From an uncultured Candidatus Saccharibacteria bacterium (GTDB taxonomy: Bacteria > Patescibacteriota > Saccharimonadia > Saccharimonadales > JAGQNJ01), in contig CAZOUW010000003.1 in NCBI GenBank assembly GCA_964583075.1, forward strand, positions 6,925-70,924: a stretch of DNA of 64,000 nucleotides, given 5' to 3'. Below, piece by piece: positions 22,263 to 30,587 of the stretch (the first letter of the stretch is position 1; every line of letters starts with the position of its first letter). The notes below the pieces were generated by a model. That model had not been told where the DNA came from. It did not search any database and saw nothing but the letters and a program-made list of their open reading frames with translations. The translations under genes and the position numbers were made by a program.

Positions 22263-24161
22263 TTACTGCAGAATTGCTTTGATGCGGCGAATACCAGCGC
22301 TGCTTGATTCTTCTTTTAAGATTTTGAATTTTTTGCCATCTTCAAATAATTGTAGTGTGTGGTCAACATGTGGGCCACCACAGATTTCAAAACTGAAAGG
22401 GCGCTCATCTTTTGGCGATTTTGGATCTTTCATTGAGTAAACTTTCACTGTGTCACCATAGCGGTCACCAAATTGGCCAAGTGCACCTAATCTTCCGGTT
22501 GCCTCGTTGGTTGGATATTCTGCCCAAGAAACTTGCAGATCTTTGCCAATTTGATCATTCACAATCTTCTCAACTTCATCTAGTTGTTCACGAGTAACCT
22601 TTTCTGGATGGCTAAAGTCAAAACGCAGGCGCTCTTCAGTAATATTACTCCCACGTTGTATCACATGATTACCCAGCACATCACGCAGTGCCTGATACAT
22701 AAGGTGCGTAGCCGTGTGATATTTTTTATGTTGCAGCGTTTGACCACCTAAACCACCCTTAAACGTACCTTTTGTTGCCGTTTGACTGCGCTTACGTTGC
22801 TCATCCATCTTAGCGTCAAATTCTTTTTGCCAATTGTCGCTTACACGAACATCCTGTATAGCAGCCTCTTCTACAGATAACTCCGTTGGGAAGCCATAGG
22901 TATCGTAAAGGGTAAAGATGTGGTCGCCACTTAGCTCGCCACTCTGAGCCATTTTTTGAAGCTCGCGTACGCCTTTACGTAACGTCTGGCGGAAAATCTT
23001 TTCTTCTTTAACCAAAGTTTCAATTACTTTGTCACGATTGGCCTTCACTTCTGGATAGTCATTTACGTAGAGATCAGCAATCACTGGCACTACGTCCTGC
23101 AAAAAGTTCTGCTCAATACCAAGTTCAAATGCAAAGCGGATCGCTCGGCGCAGTAGCCTACGCATAACATAACCTTGTTCTTTATTGCTTGGTGTCACGC
23201 CATCAACAGCCAAGAATGTTGCTGCCCGCAGATGATCTGCAATAACCTGCATGCTTTCGCGGTGAGAGTCATACTTTTTGCCACTTAGCTCCTGTAGCTG
23301 TTCAATGATTGGCCAAAGGATACTAATCCTAAACATATCAGATGAATCTATAGCTGCTTGCGCAATACGCTCTAAACCACCGCCAAAATCTACGTTTGGC
23401 TTTTCTAGCTTTTCAAAACCAGCTTCAGTACGTTTATACTGCATAAATACCTGGTTGCCAATTTCTACAAATCGGCCAGAGTCACTTGCAGGATGAGGTT
23501 TACCAAAGCCAGGTTTGTGGGCTGAGTCACCAAAATCATAAAAAACCTCACTGTCAGGGCCACAGGGGTCACCTACCGGCGTTTTATCTATACCACCAGC
23601 GCGCGACCACCAGTTCTCACCATCATCATAAAAGAATATGCGCTCATCTTTATTAATACCTCTTTTGTTGCCATCCTCCTGGCTGCCAATTTCGGCAATC
23701 TTGGCTTCTATGCCTTTGGACTGGAACAGTTCTTGCCAAATTTTAGCCGCTTCGTCATCACGAGGAATACCATTCTTCTCGTCACCCATAAAGCACGTTA
23801 CATACAACTTATTTGGATCAAGTCCGACTACATCAACCAAAAACTCAAAAAACCAGCCGATCTGCTCTTTTTTAAAGTAATCACCCAGGCTCCAGTTGCC
23901 AAGCATTTCAAAAAAGGTGGTGTGCCGATCATCGCCAACATCTTCAATATCCATAGCACGCAGACAGGTTTGACTATCAACCAGCCGATTGCCATCCTGG
24001 TGAGGTTCACCAAGCAAATACGGAATCAGAGGTTGCATGCCCGACCCAGTAAACAACGTGGTTGGATCATTATACGGCACTAAAAGAGCGCGTGGTACAA
24101 CTTTATGGCCACGCTTTTCAAAAAAATCTAAATAAGCGTTTCTAATTTCTTGGGCATTCAT
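22263..24161 (-). CDS. alaS: Alanine--tRNA ligase, compact form lacking the C-Ala domain
   Basis: MNAQEIRNAYLDFFEKRGH start; class II core; editing-domain HTATHLMYQALR and CGGPHV. It ends right after the editing domain at 632 aa. Confidence 0.95.
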   Translation of the reverse strand: MNAQEIRNAYLDFFEKRGHKVVPRALLVPYNDPTTLFTGSGMQPLIPYLLGEPHQDGNRLVDSQTCLRAMDIEDVGDDRHTTFFEMLGNWSLGDYFKKEQIGWFFEFLVDVVGLDPNKLYVTCFMGDEKNGIPRDDEAAKIWQELFQSKGIEAKIAEIGSQEDGNKRGINKDERIFFYDDGENWWSRAGGIDKTPVGDPCGPDSEVFYDFGDSAHKPGFGKPHPASDSGRFVEIGNQVFMQYKRTEAGFEKLEKPNVDFGGGLERIAQAAIDSSDMFRISILWPIIEQLQELSGKKYDSHRESMQVIADHLRAATFLAVDGVTPSNKEQGYVMRRLLRRAIRFAFELGIEQNFLQDVVPVIADLYVNDYPEVKANRDKVIETLVKEEKIFRQTLRKGVRELQKMAQSGELSGDHIFTLYDTYGFPTELSVEEAAIQDVRVSDNWQKEFDAKMDEQRKRSQTATKGTFKGGLGGQTLQHKKYHTATHLMYQALRDVLGNHVIQRGSNITEERLRFDFSHPEKVTREQLDEVEKIVNDQIGKDLQVSWAEYPTNEATGRLGALGQFGDRYGDTVKVYSMKDPKSPKDERPFSFEICGGPHVDHTLQLFEDGKKFKILKEESSSAGIRRIKAILQ

Positions 24162-24181
24162 ATCTGTTAGAGTATATCATG

Positions 24182-24772
24182 CTATCTGATAGGATAGTCA
24201 TATTTTTTGGCCAGTTCTTGTATATTTGGTATGCCAAATTCCACTGCCCAAGCCTCAAATTTTTGCGCTTGTTTTGGCAAATCTTTTTTTAAGTTTGCGA
24301 GAAAAGTTTCGTAAGAGTTAAGGACGACCCCTGCGCCTTTTGAGCTAAATCTATCTGCATAACATAATAAGCGCCCCTCTAGCGACTTCGGCTCAAAACT
24401 CTTATATGGCATTGCCATGTTGTATTCCTTGATCTCTTCTTCGCTCAAACCTAGCAGAACATGAGTCTTTATTGTTTCACAGATAAACTCATCAACACCC
24501 TCTTCACGCAAGATAGCTGCCCCAAAAATAGCATGCTGAGGATACACCGAGCGATTTCTTTCTTTGGTAGCCAAAAAAATGTAACTGCCAATGTCATGCA
24601 GTAAACAGGCTGCTTTTAAACGCGGCCTATCAACTTCTAAGTTCCTTGCCTTCACACACCACAAAGCAATTTCCGCCGTTACTTCACAGTGCGCAGTTAT
24701 ATCACGCAACAGCTCATCGTTCCACGCATATTTCTCATGGAGATGGCGAATTTCAACATCATTCGGGATCAT
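24182..24772 (-). CDS. HD-domain phosphohydrolase
   Basis: H...LHDIGS HD signature; 196 aa. Confidence 0.75.
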   Translation of the reverse strand: MIPNDVEIRHLHEKYAWNDELLRDITAHCEVTAEIALWCVKARNLEVDRPRLKAACLLHDIGSYIFLATKERNRSVYPQHAIFGAAILREEGVDEFICETIKTHVLLGLSEEEIKEYNMAMPYKSFEPKSLEGRLLCYADRFSSKGAGVVLNSYETFLANLKKDLPKQAQKFEAWAVEFGIPNIQELAKKYDYPIR

Positions 24773-24778
24773 CGGGTG

Positions 24779-25114
24779 CTATTTTTGTAATTTGTCTTGA
24801 ACACCTTTGGCAGCATCTTCAAGACCACCAGCTACGCCACCAACAACGTCACCTGCACCCTTTGCTACATCGCCAGCCACTTTACCAGCACCTTCAGCTA
24901 CATTACCCGCAACGTCTCCGGCTGTACCAGCTACATCGCCAGCCACACCAGCTGCAGTTGCGCCGGCACTCTTTGCTGCGTCAACAGCACCACCGGCTAC
25001 ATCTTTACCGGCATCAACTGCACCACCAGCAATATCTGCTGCATTTCCTGTCACAGTACCAGCAGTATTCTTTGCGCCGCCAAATAGTCCTTTAATTGAA
25101 TCTAATAAACCCAT
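24779..25114 (-). CDS. Gly/Ala-rich repeat protein with 7-residue periodicity
   Basis: MGLLDSIKGLFGG head, then AGDVAGT/AGDVAGN/VAEGAGK/VAGDVAK/GAGDVVG repeats. The DNA shows a repeated ccagctacatcgccagccac unit, and all six frames are open over it. Confidence 0.6.
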   Translation of the reverse strand: MGLLDSIKGLFGGAKNTAGTVTGNAADIAGGAVDAGKDVAGGAVDAAKSAGATAAGVAGDVAGTAGDVAGNVAEGAGKVAGDVAKGAGDVVGGVAGGLEDAAKGVQDKLQK

Positions 25115-25195
25115 TCTTTTAATACCCTCCTTGAGTTTGATTTATGACTAACCCCATCATAACTCAATTACATAAATTTTGCAGTTAAATTTATA

Positions 25196-26359
25196 TTAGC
25201 AGATAATGCCGCCGCCTATGACGTGGTCACCCTGATACAATACCGCCGACTGGCCAGGAGTAAGGGCTCTGATTTCATCTTTTAACGCTACAGCTAGTGT
25301 CTCGACATCAGACGGCACTAGATCTAGTGCGCCCACTATTAACGGGGCACGATGGCGCGTCCTAACTTCAACTAACGTTTTGCTCGGTGCTCCATTAATC
25401 CAGTGCATATTAGTAAGTCTCAGCTTGTTACTCCACAGTCGACCATCATTCAAGTCGGTCGTAACATAGACCTCATTTTTAGCCATGTCTTTGCCAACAA
25501 CATAGTAGGGCAAACCACCACCAACACCCAAACCCGAACGTTGACCAATCGTGTAATAAATCGCTCCGTCGTGCTCTCCCACAACCTGACCATCTTGATT
25601 AATAATCTGCCCTGGCGCTGTTTTAACATATTGGCCCAGGAATTCTTTGATCCCTACCTTTCCGACAAAACAAATCCCCATACTCTCTTTTTTTGTAGCC
25701 GTAACCAGACCAAATTTCTTGGCAAGCGCACGGACTTCTGGTTTGGTGTAATCACCCAGCGGGAACAAGGTTTTTTTAAGCGCATCTTCAGTCACTCGAT
25801 ACAAAAAATACGTCTGATCCTTATTATCATCCTTAGCTTTCAGTAGCTTTCCATCTTTTACGCGTGCGTAGTGGCCGGTAGCAACAAGGTCTGCTCCGTC
25901 CTCAAGTGCTGTTTCAAGAAATAGCTTAAACTTAATTTCTTGGTTACACATAATATCTGGGTTGGGCGTACGGCCAGCTTTGTATTCATCAATCATGTAG
26001 TCAACAACTTTTTGTTTATACTGAGTCTCAAAATCAAAAACCTTAAAATCAATACCGAGCTGCACAGCTACGCGCTTGGCGTCCTGAAAATCTTCCTTCC
26101 AGGGGCATTCAAAGCCAGGCAGATCCTTGGTCCAGTTCTTCATATACACGCCCACAACGTTATAGCCCTGCTCCTTCAGCAGTGCTGCCGTAACGCTAGA
26201 ATCCACTCCGCCACTCATGCCAACATAAACAGTTGTTTGAGAATTATCTTTCACATAACCATTATAACAGAGGTAGCTAATATTGACAATTGGTGCTTTT
26301 TGACGTATCGTTTGCTTGTCCGGATTGACTACGGAAGGAAATTGAAATGGATATGGCAA
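25196..26359 (-). CDS. mnmA: tRNA-specific 2-thiouridylase MnmA
   Basis: VGMSGGVDSSV PP-loop plus conserved catalytic Cys residues. The true start may be the GTG at 26254 (giving (M)KDNSQTTVYVGMSGG) rather than the ATG at 26359. Confidence 0.93.
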   Translation of the reverse strand: MPYPFQFPSVVNPDKQTIRQKAPIVNISYLCYNGYVKDNSQTTVYVGMSGGVDSSVTAALLKEQGYNVVGVYMKNWTKDLPGFECPWKEDFQDAKRVAVQLGIDFKVFDFETQYKQKVVDYMIDEYKAGRTPNPDIMCNQEIKFKLFLETALEDGADLVATGHYARVKDGKLLKAKDDNKDQTYFLYRVTEDALKKTLFPLGDYTKPEVRALAKKFGLVTATKKESMGICFVGKVGIKEFLGQYVKTAPGQIINQDGQVVGEHDGAIYYTIGQRSGLGVGGGLPYYVVGKDMAKNEVYVTTDLNDGRLWSNKLRLTNMHWINGAPSKTLVEVRTRHRAPLIVGALDLVPSDVETLAVALKDEIRALTPGQSAVLYQGDHVIGGGIIC

Positions 26360-26655
26360 CTTTTGCCTTCAGCTTGGCGCTCTGCACCACCATCTACTCA
26401 GTGCTTGTTATCCCGGTCTGCCTCGGCGATCTCTTGCCAAGACTCAAGATGGTACGACTGAGCATCTACGGTATGTTCTTTTGTTTCATATCACAACTTG
26501 CCATTATCGGCGCGCTGATTGATGGTAATAGTGAATACTCCCTCGTTGCTGTATTCACGATCCTTATGGCATTCTTGACGGCTAGCCACTTGCTGTCCTA
26601 CTTGACCCACCGGCCACTGACCAAAGAAGAAGGACTCAGACTCGCTGGACGATGA
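26347..26655 (+). CDS. Hypothetical 3-TM membrane protein in GC-elevated islet 4
   Basis: 102 aa; GGAAGGA RBS 7 nt upstream; G/C-rich third codon positions; three hydrophobic spans. Confidence 0.55.
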   Translation: MDMATFAFSLALCTTIYSVLVIPVCLGDLLPRLKMVRLSIYGMFFCFISQLAIIGALIDGNSEYSLVAVFTILMAFLTASHLLSYLTHRPLTKEEGLRLAGR

Positions 26656-26829
26656 GTCATGATACCAAACCGTACGGGTAGTAAAGATGAACTTCAGAAG
26701 GGTTCTGGAGTGCCTGTACGGTACCAATGGTTCGGACGAATAACCGCGTTTTGCGCGACCTAGATCGAGATATGCACGCACGTGCACCCCCTTCTCTCAG
26801 GTTACATAACAAACGCGGTTTTAAAATGC

Positions 26830-27366
26830 CTAAAAATACTTCGTACGCTCTGCAGTAGCAACAGGTTGTGACGTATGGTTGTTCAAGGCTCCTTGCAAAA
26901 CTGTATCTGCCTTCTTAAACCTGCTTGCGAGACTCGCATCATACGTCTTGTGCTTGATTCGAATAACCGCGCCTCCATACAATTTATTTTGAACACTTAC
27001 TTGAATCAATGTCTGCGCATGAACATTTGATCGAAACCACTCAACAATTCCTTCTCCGATACTCTTATCCGCATGAGGCTGCAACATAACACCCACAACT
27101 GGAGCCAACTTATAAACGTCCCGCAGAAAACTAGCAAGCTCCATCCGATGGCTATGATTTAAAACGTTGCGTTTGTTGGCTTCTGCAAATTTATCAAGAT
27201 CTGCCGTTGTCTTTGGTAAAGATATTTTTGATCCAGGTTCCCTGGTCTGTGCTTCGCTAAGAAACTTTTCTATCTGCAAAATCTCGCTTAGAGTCTGGTG
27301 TACTTGTAGCCTACTTTGAATAAAACTTGGCAAGACTAACAATTTTGGCGGTTCTTGTTCAGGCAT
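26830..27366 (-). CDS. F-type ATPase delta (OSCP)-like protein
   Basis: The C-terminal LYGGAVIRIKHKTYDASLASRF resembles the delta-subunit end (..GG..i..g....D.S....L). The start at 27366 overlaps the upstream stop (AATGCCTGA). Confidence 0.45.
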   Translation of the reverse strand: MPEQEPPKLLVLPSFIQSRLQVHQTLSEILQIEKFLSEAQTREPGSKISLPKTTADLDKFAEANKRNVLNHSHRMELASFLRDVYKLAPVVGVMLQPHADKSIGEGIVEWFRSNVHAQTLIQVSVQNKLYGGAVIRIKHKTYDASLASRFKKADTVLQGALNNHTSQPVATAERTKYF

Positions 27367-27943
27367 TTCTGATATCCTCGATAATTTCTGCCTTGTGTGC
27401 ATTTAAATTATCGACAATAAGGGCAATCTGCTGATCTGTCGTAATGACATCGCCGACCGCACTTGAAACGTACTTTTTAATTATTTCCGACAAATGTTCG
27501 TCCAGTTGCTCAATACGCTTTTCTTTTTCGGCTGTCAGTTGCGTCTGCAAGTCAGCCTGACTTTTTGCAACTGAATCAGATAACATCTGACGAGTTTGCG
27601 TTACTGTTTCATGATGCTTAGCCAGTTCTTGCTGTAAGGTGGCAAAAATCTCCTTCTTCATAAAATCATCGAGCTGAGCAGCACTCACACGAACATCTTG
27701 CTGTAAGAACATTGCGTTTTCATGCATTAGCTTTTCAAACTGTTGGCGTGCACGCTGGCGTAACTCTTCGCGAAAATCATCAGTAAAAGCCTGGCCCACA
27801 GCCTCATTCACCGCTTCACCAGCAGCATTGCGTGGCTGGCTATCTACTTTGGTGACACTGCTAACTTTAAGCGCTACCCATACAAACGCGATAAGCGTTG
27901 CAAGTAATGTCCCAATGATTAGTAATAGCTGCCAGAGTTCCAC
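27359..27943 (-). CDS. F-type ATPase b-subunit-like protein (N-terminal TM plus long coiled coil)
   Basis: Architecture only: TM LLLIIGTLLATLIAFVWVAL followed by about 160 aa of charged helix. Translationally coupled to the delta-like gene. Confidence 0.4.
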   Translation of the reverse strand: MELWQLLLIIGTLLATLIAFVWVALKVSSVTKVDSQPRNAAGEAVNEAVGQAFTDDFREELRQRARQQFEKLMHENAMFLQQDVRVSAAQLDDFMKKEIFATLQQELAKHHETVTQTRQMLSDSVAKSQADLQTQLTAEKEKRIEQLDEHLSEIIKKYVSSAVGDVITTDQQIALIVDNLNAHKAEIIEDIRNA

Positions 27944-27999
27944 CGTTAAGTTTGTCCCACCATTTATGTATTCTTTCTATATGATAATTGCAAGGGGGC

Positions 28000-29133
28000 C
28001 TAAAGGCAACTACCTTTAAGGGTAGTAACTACAGCATCTATGTCTTTTTCTGAAGTGCTTGCACCTAACGTAAAGCGCAGACTTGAACGCGCATCTTCGT
28101 CGCTCAAACCAATGGCGCTAAGTACGTGAGACGGCTCGTCATTACTAGCACTACAAGCAGAACCAGTAGCACACATAATGCCACGCTCGTCCAACTCCAT
28201 AAGCACACGCTCGTTATCTATGCCTGGGATAGTAATATGCACATTGTTAGGCAAACGGTGTTTTATGCTACCGTTGACTGTCGCTGATGGGATAGCCTCT
28301 TTTAGCTTATCAATAAACTCATGTTGTAACTGCTTAAGGCGCTCGATTTCTAACTTCTTACGATCAGTCACTATTTGCAAGGCCGTACTCAAGCCTATGA
28401 TACCGGCAACGTTTTCTGTTCCGCTCCGCAAATTCCGCTCCTGGCCACCACCCAAAACTTGTGCCTTCAGTTTTACTCCGGTTTTAATGTACAGAAAACC
28501 AGTCTGTTTTGGGCCATAAATTTTACCCCCGTTAACACTCATTAGATCAACACCAAGCTTGCTGACATGCATATCTAGGTAGTTTGTCGCCTGGGCAGCA
28601 TCTGTATGCAAGTAAATCGGTAAACTATTGCCGTTTTTTACGCGATTAGCTCTTATTTCTTTAATAATTTTTGCCACTTCTTGAATGGGCTGAACTGTGC
28701 CGATTTCATTGTTGGCATACATAACGCTCACCAGAACTGTGTCATCAGTAATTTTTTGCTTTAGAGCTTCAAGATTAATAATGCCTTCTGGAGTTACGGA
28801 TATCAAATCATGAGAATATTGTCTGGTGGATTCTATGATAGAATCGTGCTCAATTGAGCTTACTAGGATGGATTTCCCAGGAAAGTGCTCCATGAGGCCA
28901 TGAATGGCAAGGTTATTGGCCTCCGTGCCACCGGCAGTAAAGATAACTTCGCTTGGCTTAGCGCCAATAATCTGCGCAATTGAGCCCCGAGCAGCTTCAA
29001 TATCTTTATGTATAGCTTTTGCCGACAAATAAAGTGCTGACGGGTTATAAAACTTATCACTAAAATATGGCTGCATCGCGCTCTGTACAACCGGATCAAT
29101 AGGAGTAGCTGCTGCGTAGTCGAGGTAGATCAT
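28000..29133 (-). CDS. Cysteine desulfurase (class V aminotransferase, NifS/IscS-like)
   Basis: MIYLDYAATP start, the SVNGGKIYGPK PLP-lysine region, and the active-site loop ATGSACSA. Confidence 0.9.
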   Translation of the reverse strand: MIYLDYAAATPIDPVVQSAMQPYFSDKFYNPSALYLSAKAIHKDIEAARGSIAQIIGAKPSEVIFTAGGTEANNLAIHGLMEHFPGKSILVSSIEHDSIIESTRQYSHDLISVTPEGIINLEALKQKITDDTVLVSVMYANNEIGTVQPIQEVAKIIKEIRANRVKNGNSLPIYLHTDAAQATNYLDMHVSKLGVDLMSVNGGKIYGPKQTGFLYIKTGVKLKAQVLGGGQERNLRSGTENVAGIIGLSTALQIVTDRKKLEIERLKQLQHEFIDKLKEAIPSATVNGSIKHRLPNNVHITIPGIDNERVLMELDERGIMCATGSACSASNDEPSHVLSAIGLSDEDARSSLRFTLGASTSEKDIDAVVTTLKGSCL

Positions 29134-29153
29134 AATACTAGCCTAGCGTGAAT

Positions 29154-29537
29154 CTAAGCGAAAGTATAAATTTGTTCGTTAACTTTCTTACGATACAATC
29201 TGGCCGCCTTCAATAAACGCAAAGCCTCTTGATCTTTAACGGGTTGGTAGTGACTACCGTTCTGGCTCTTGAGTACACCATTTGGACGAACATCGTAACG
29301 CGTAGTCATAACTTGATGCTCACCGCTGTTATCAGTCCATTCTTCATGCCAAACCCAAGTGTGTTCGTCAAGACAAAAGAACTCACGTCGGTGTCCAGCA
29401 GGGATTGGGCCAAATACTGCACCACCAAGCCGTGCTTCATGTCGCATAAGGTTACGGTATAACTTTGCCTCTCGATCTTGCTTTTTATTAGCTGCAATTG
29501 AACCGGCAATAGTATCAAATAAGCTTCTAATTGGCAT
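29154..29537 (-). CDS. Hypothetical protein (127 aa)
   Basis: ORF overlapping the upstream ORF by 11 nt; no motif recognised. Confidence 0.5.
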   Translation of the reverse strand: MPIRSLFDTIAGSIAANKKQDREAKLYRNLMRHEARLGGAVFGPIPAGHRREFFCLDEHTWVWHEEWTDNSGEHQVMTTRYDVRPNGVLKSQNGSHYQPVKDQEALRLLKAARLYRKKVNEQIYTFA

Positions 29538-29820
29538 TTTTAAATACCTCTTCTACTGCACTGCGTGCAGCATCCTCGTCGTTGGCGCTAGACTCTACTG
29601 CCATGCTAGCAACAGAGACCTGCGGCATATCAAGACCAGGTTGAACAATTTCAGCCTGATGATTTTGCTGAGCTTCTAGATATGCAAGCGCAGCCTCTTC
29701 AACACTGCGCAAAGACCTCTCAATATTAAACACTGCATGGTTAACAGTCGTTTGACGACTTATCTCAGGGCCAGTAGGCTGGCGTAGTGATTCGAACGGT
29801 GTTATTGCTTGTGTACTCAT
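29527..29820 (-). CDS. Hypothetical protein (97 aa)
   Basis: ORF with a 4-nt overlap with the tatD stop; no motif recognised. Confidence 0.45.
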   Translation of the reverse strand: MSTQAITPFESLRQPTGPEISRQTTVNHAVFNIERSLRSVEEAALAYLEAQQNHQAEIVQPGLDMPQVSVASMAVESSANDEDAARSAVEEVFKNAN

Positions 29821-30587
29821 AATCTGAATAGCGTAAGCGCGTTTTGTGTTGTAGCCGCAGCAAGCTCCTCAAGGCTTTCCTGCCTCAAGTCAGCTAAAAA
29901 CTCTGCTATGCTCACAACGTGCTTAGGCTGACAGATTGTACCACGAAATGGAACAGGGGTCAAGAACGGTGCATCAGTTTCTAGCAATAATCTGTCTTTT
30001 GGCACTTTTCTAGCCATCTCAAGCTGTTCTTGGTCTTTAGTGAAAGTCATTATGCCATTTAAGCCAATATAAAGCCCTCTGGAGAGACATTTGTCAAGAG
30101 TAGCCGATGAGGCCGTAAAACTATGAACAACACCCTTGAGGCCTGTAAATTCGTCAAAAATGGCAAAAAAATCGTCAAAGGCTTCTCTTACGTGAAAAAT
30201 TACCGGCAAATCATGCTCAAGTGCCAGCTCTAACTGATACCGCAACATTGCCTCTTGATCCTCTTTGGAGGAATGGTTGTAATAATAATCTAAGCCAATT
30301 TCTCCGACCGCTACAACACGTGGTTGACCGGCAAGATCACGGAGTTCTTGAAGTGCCTTTTCGTTCTCAACATAAAAATTGGCCTCATGCGGGTGCATAC
30401 CAATACTAGCCCAAATACTTTTGTGTTTAGCTGCCATTTCAACACCCCGTTTGCTGTCAGCCAGCGTGCAACCAACACAAATCATACGAGTTACGTCAGT
30501 ATCGATAGCCCCTCGGATTACTTCATCGGCATCCAAACCATAGTCCGAAAAGTGAACGTGACAATGTGTATCCACAAACTCCGTCAT
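29817..30587 (-). CDS. tatD: TatD-family metal-dependent hydrolase/DNase (YabD-like)
   Basis: FVDTHCHVHF start and GEIGLDYYY; 256 aa; directly downstream of metG, as in Bacillus metS-yabD. Confidence 0.9.
   Translation of the reverse strand: MTEFVDTHCHVHFSDYGLDADEVIRGAIDTDVTRMICVGCTLADSKRGVEMAAKHKSIWASIGMHPHEANFYVENEKALQELRDLAGQPRVVAVGEIGLDYYYNHSSKEDQEAMLRYQLELALEHDLPVIFHVREAFDDFFAIFDEFTGLKGVVHSFTASSATLDKCLSRGLYIGLNGIMTFTKDQEQLEMARKVPKDRLLLETDAPFLTPVPFRGTICQPKHVVSIAEFLADLRQESLEELAAATTQNALTLFRL

Noticed and set aside
24646-25151. Four plus-strand ORFs (Pro/Ala/Thr/His-rich) opposite the Gly/Ala-repeat gene
   Set aside because: The repeat DNA keeps all frames open. The minus frame has a plausible start, head and tail and fits the surrounding minus-strand operon. 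Strand choice remains unproven.
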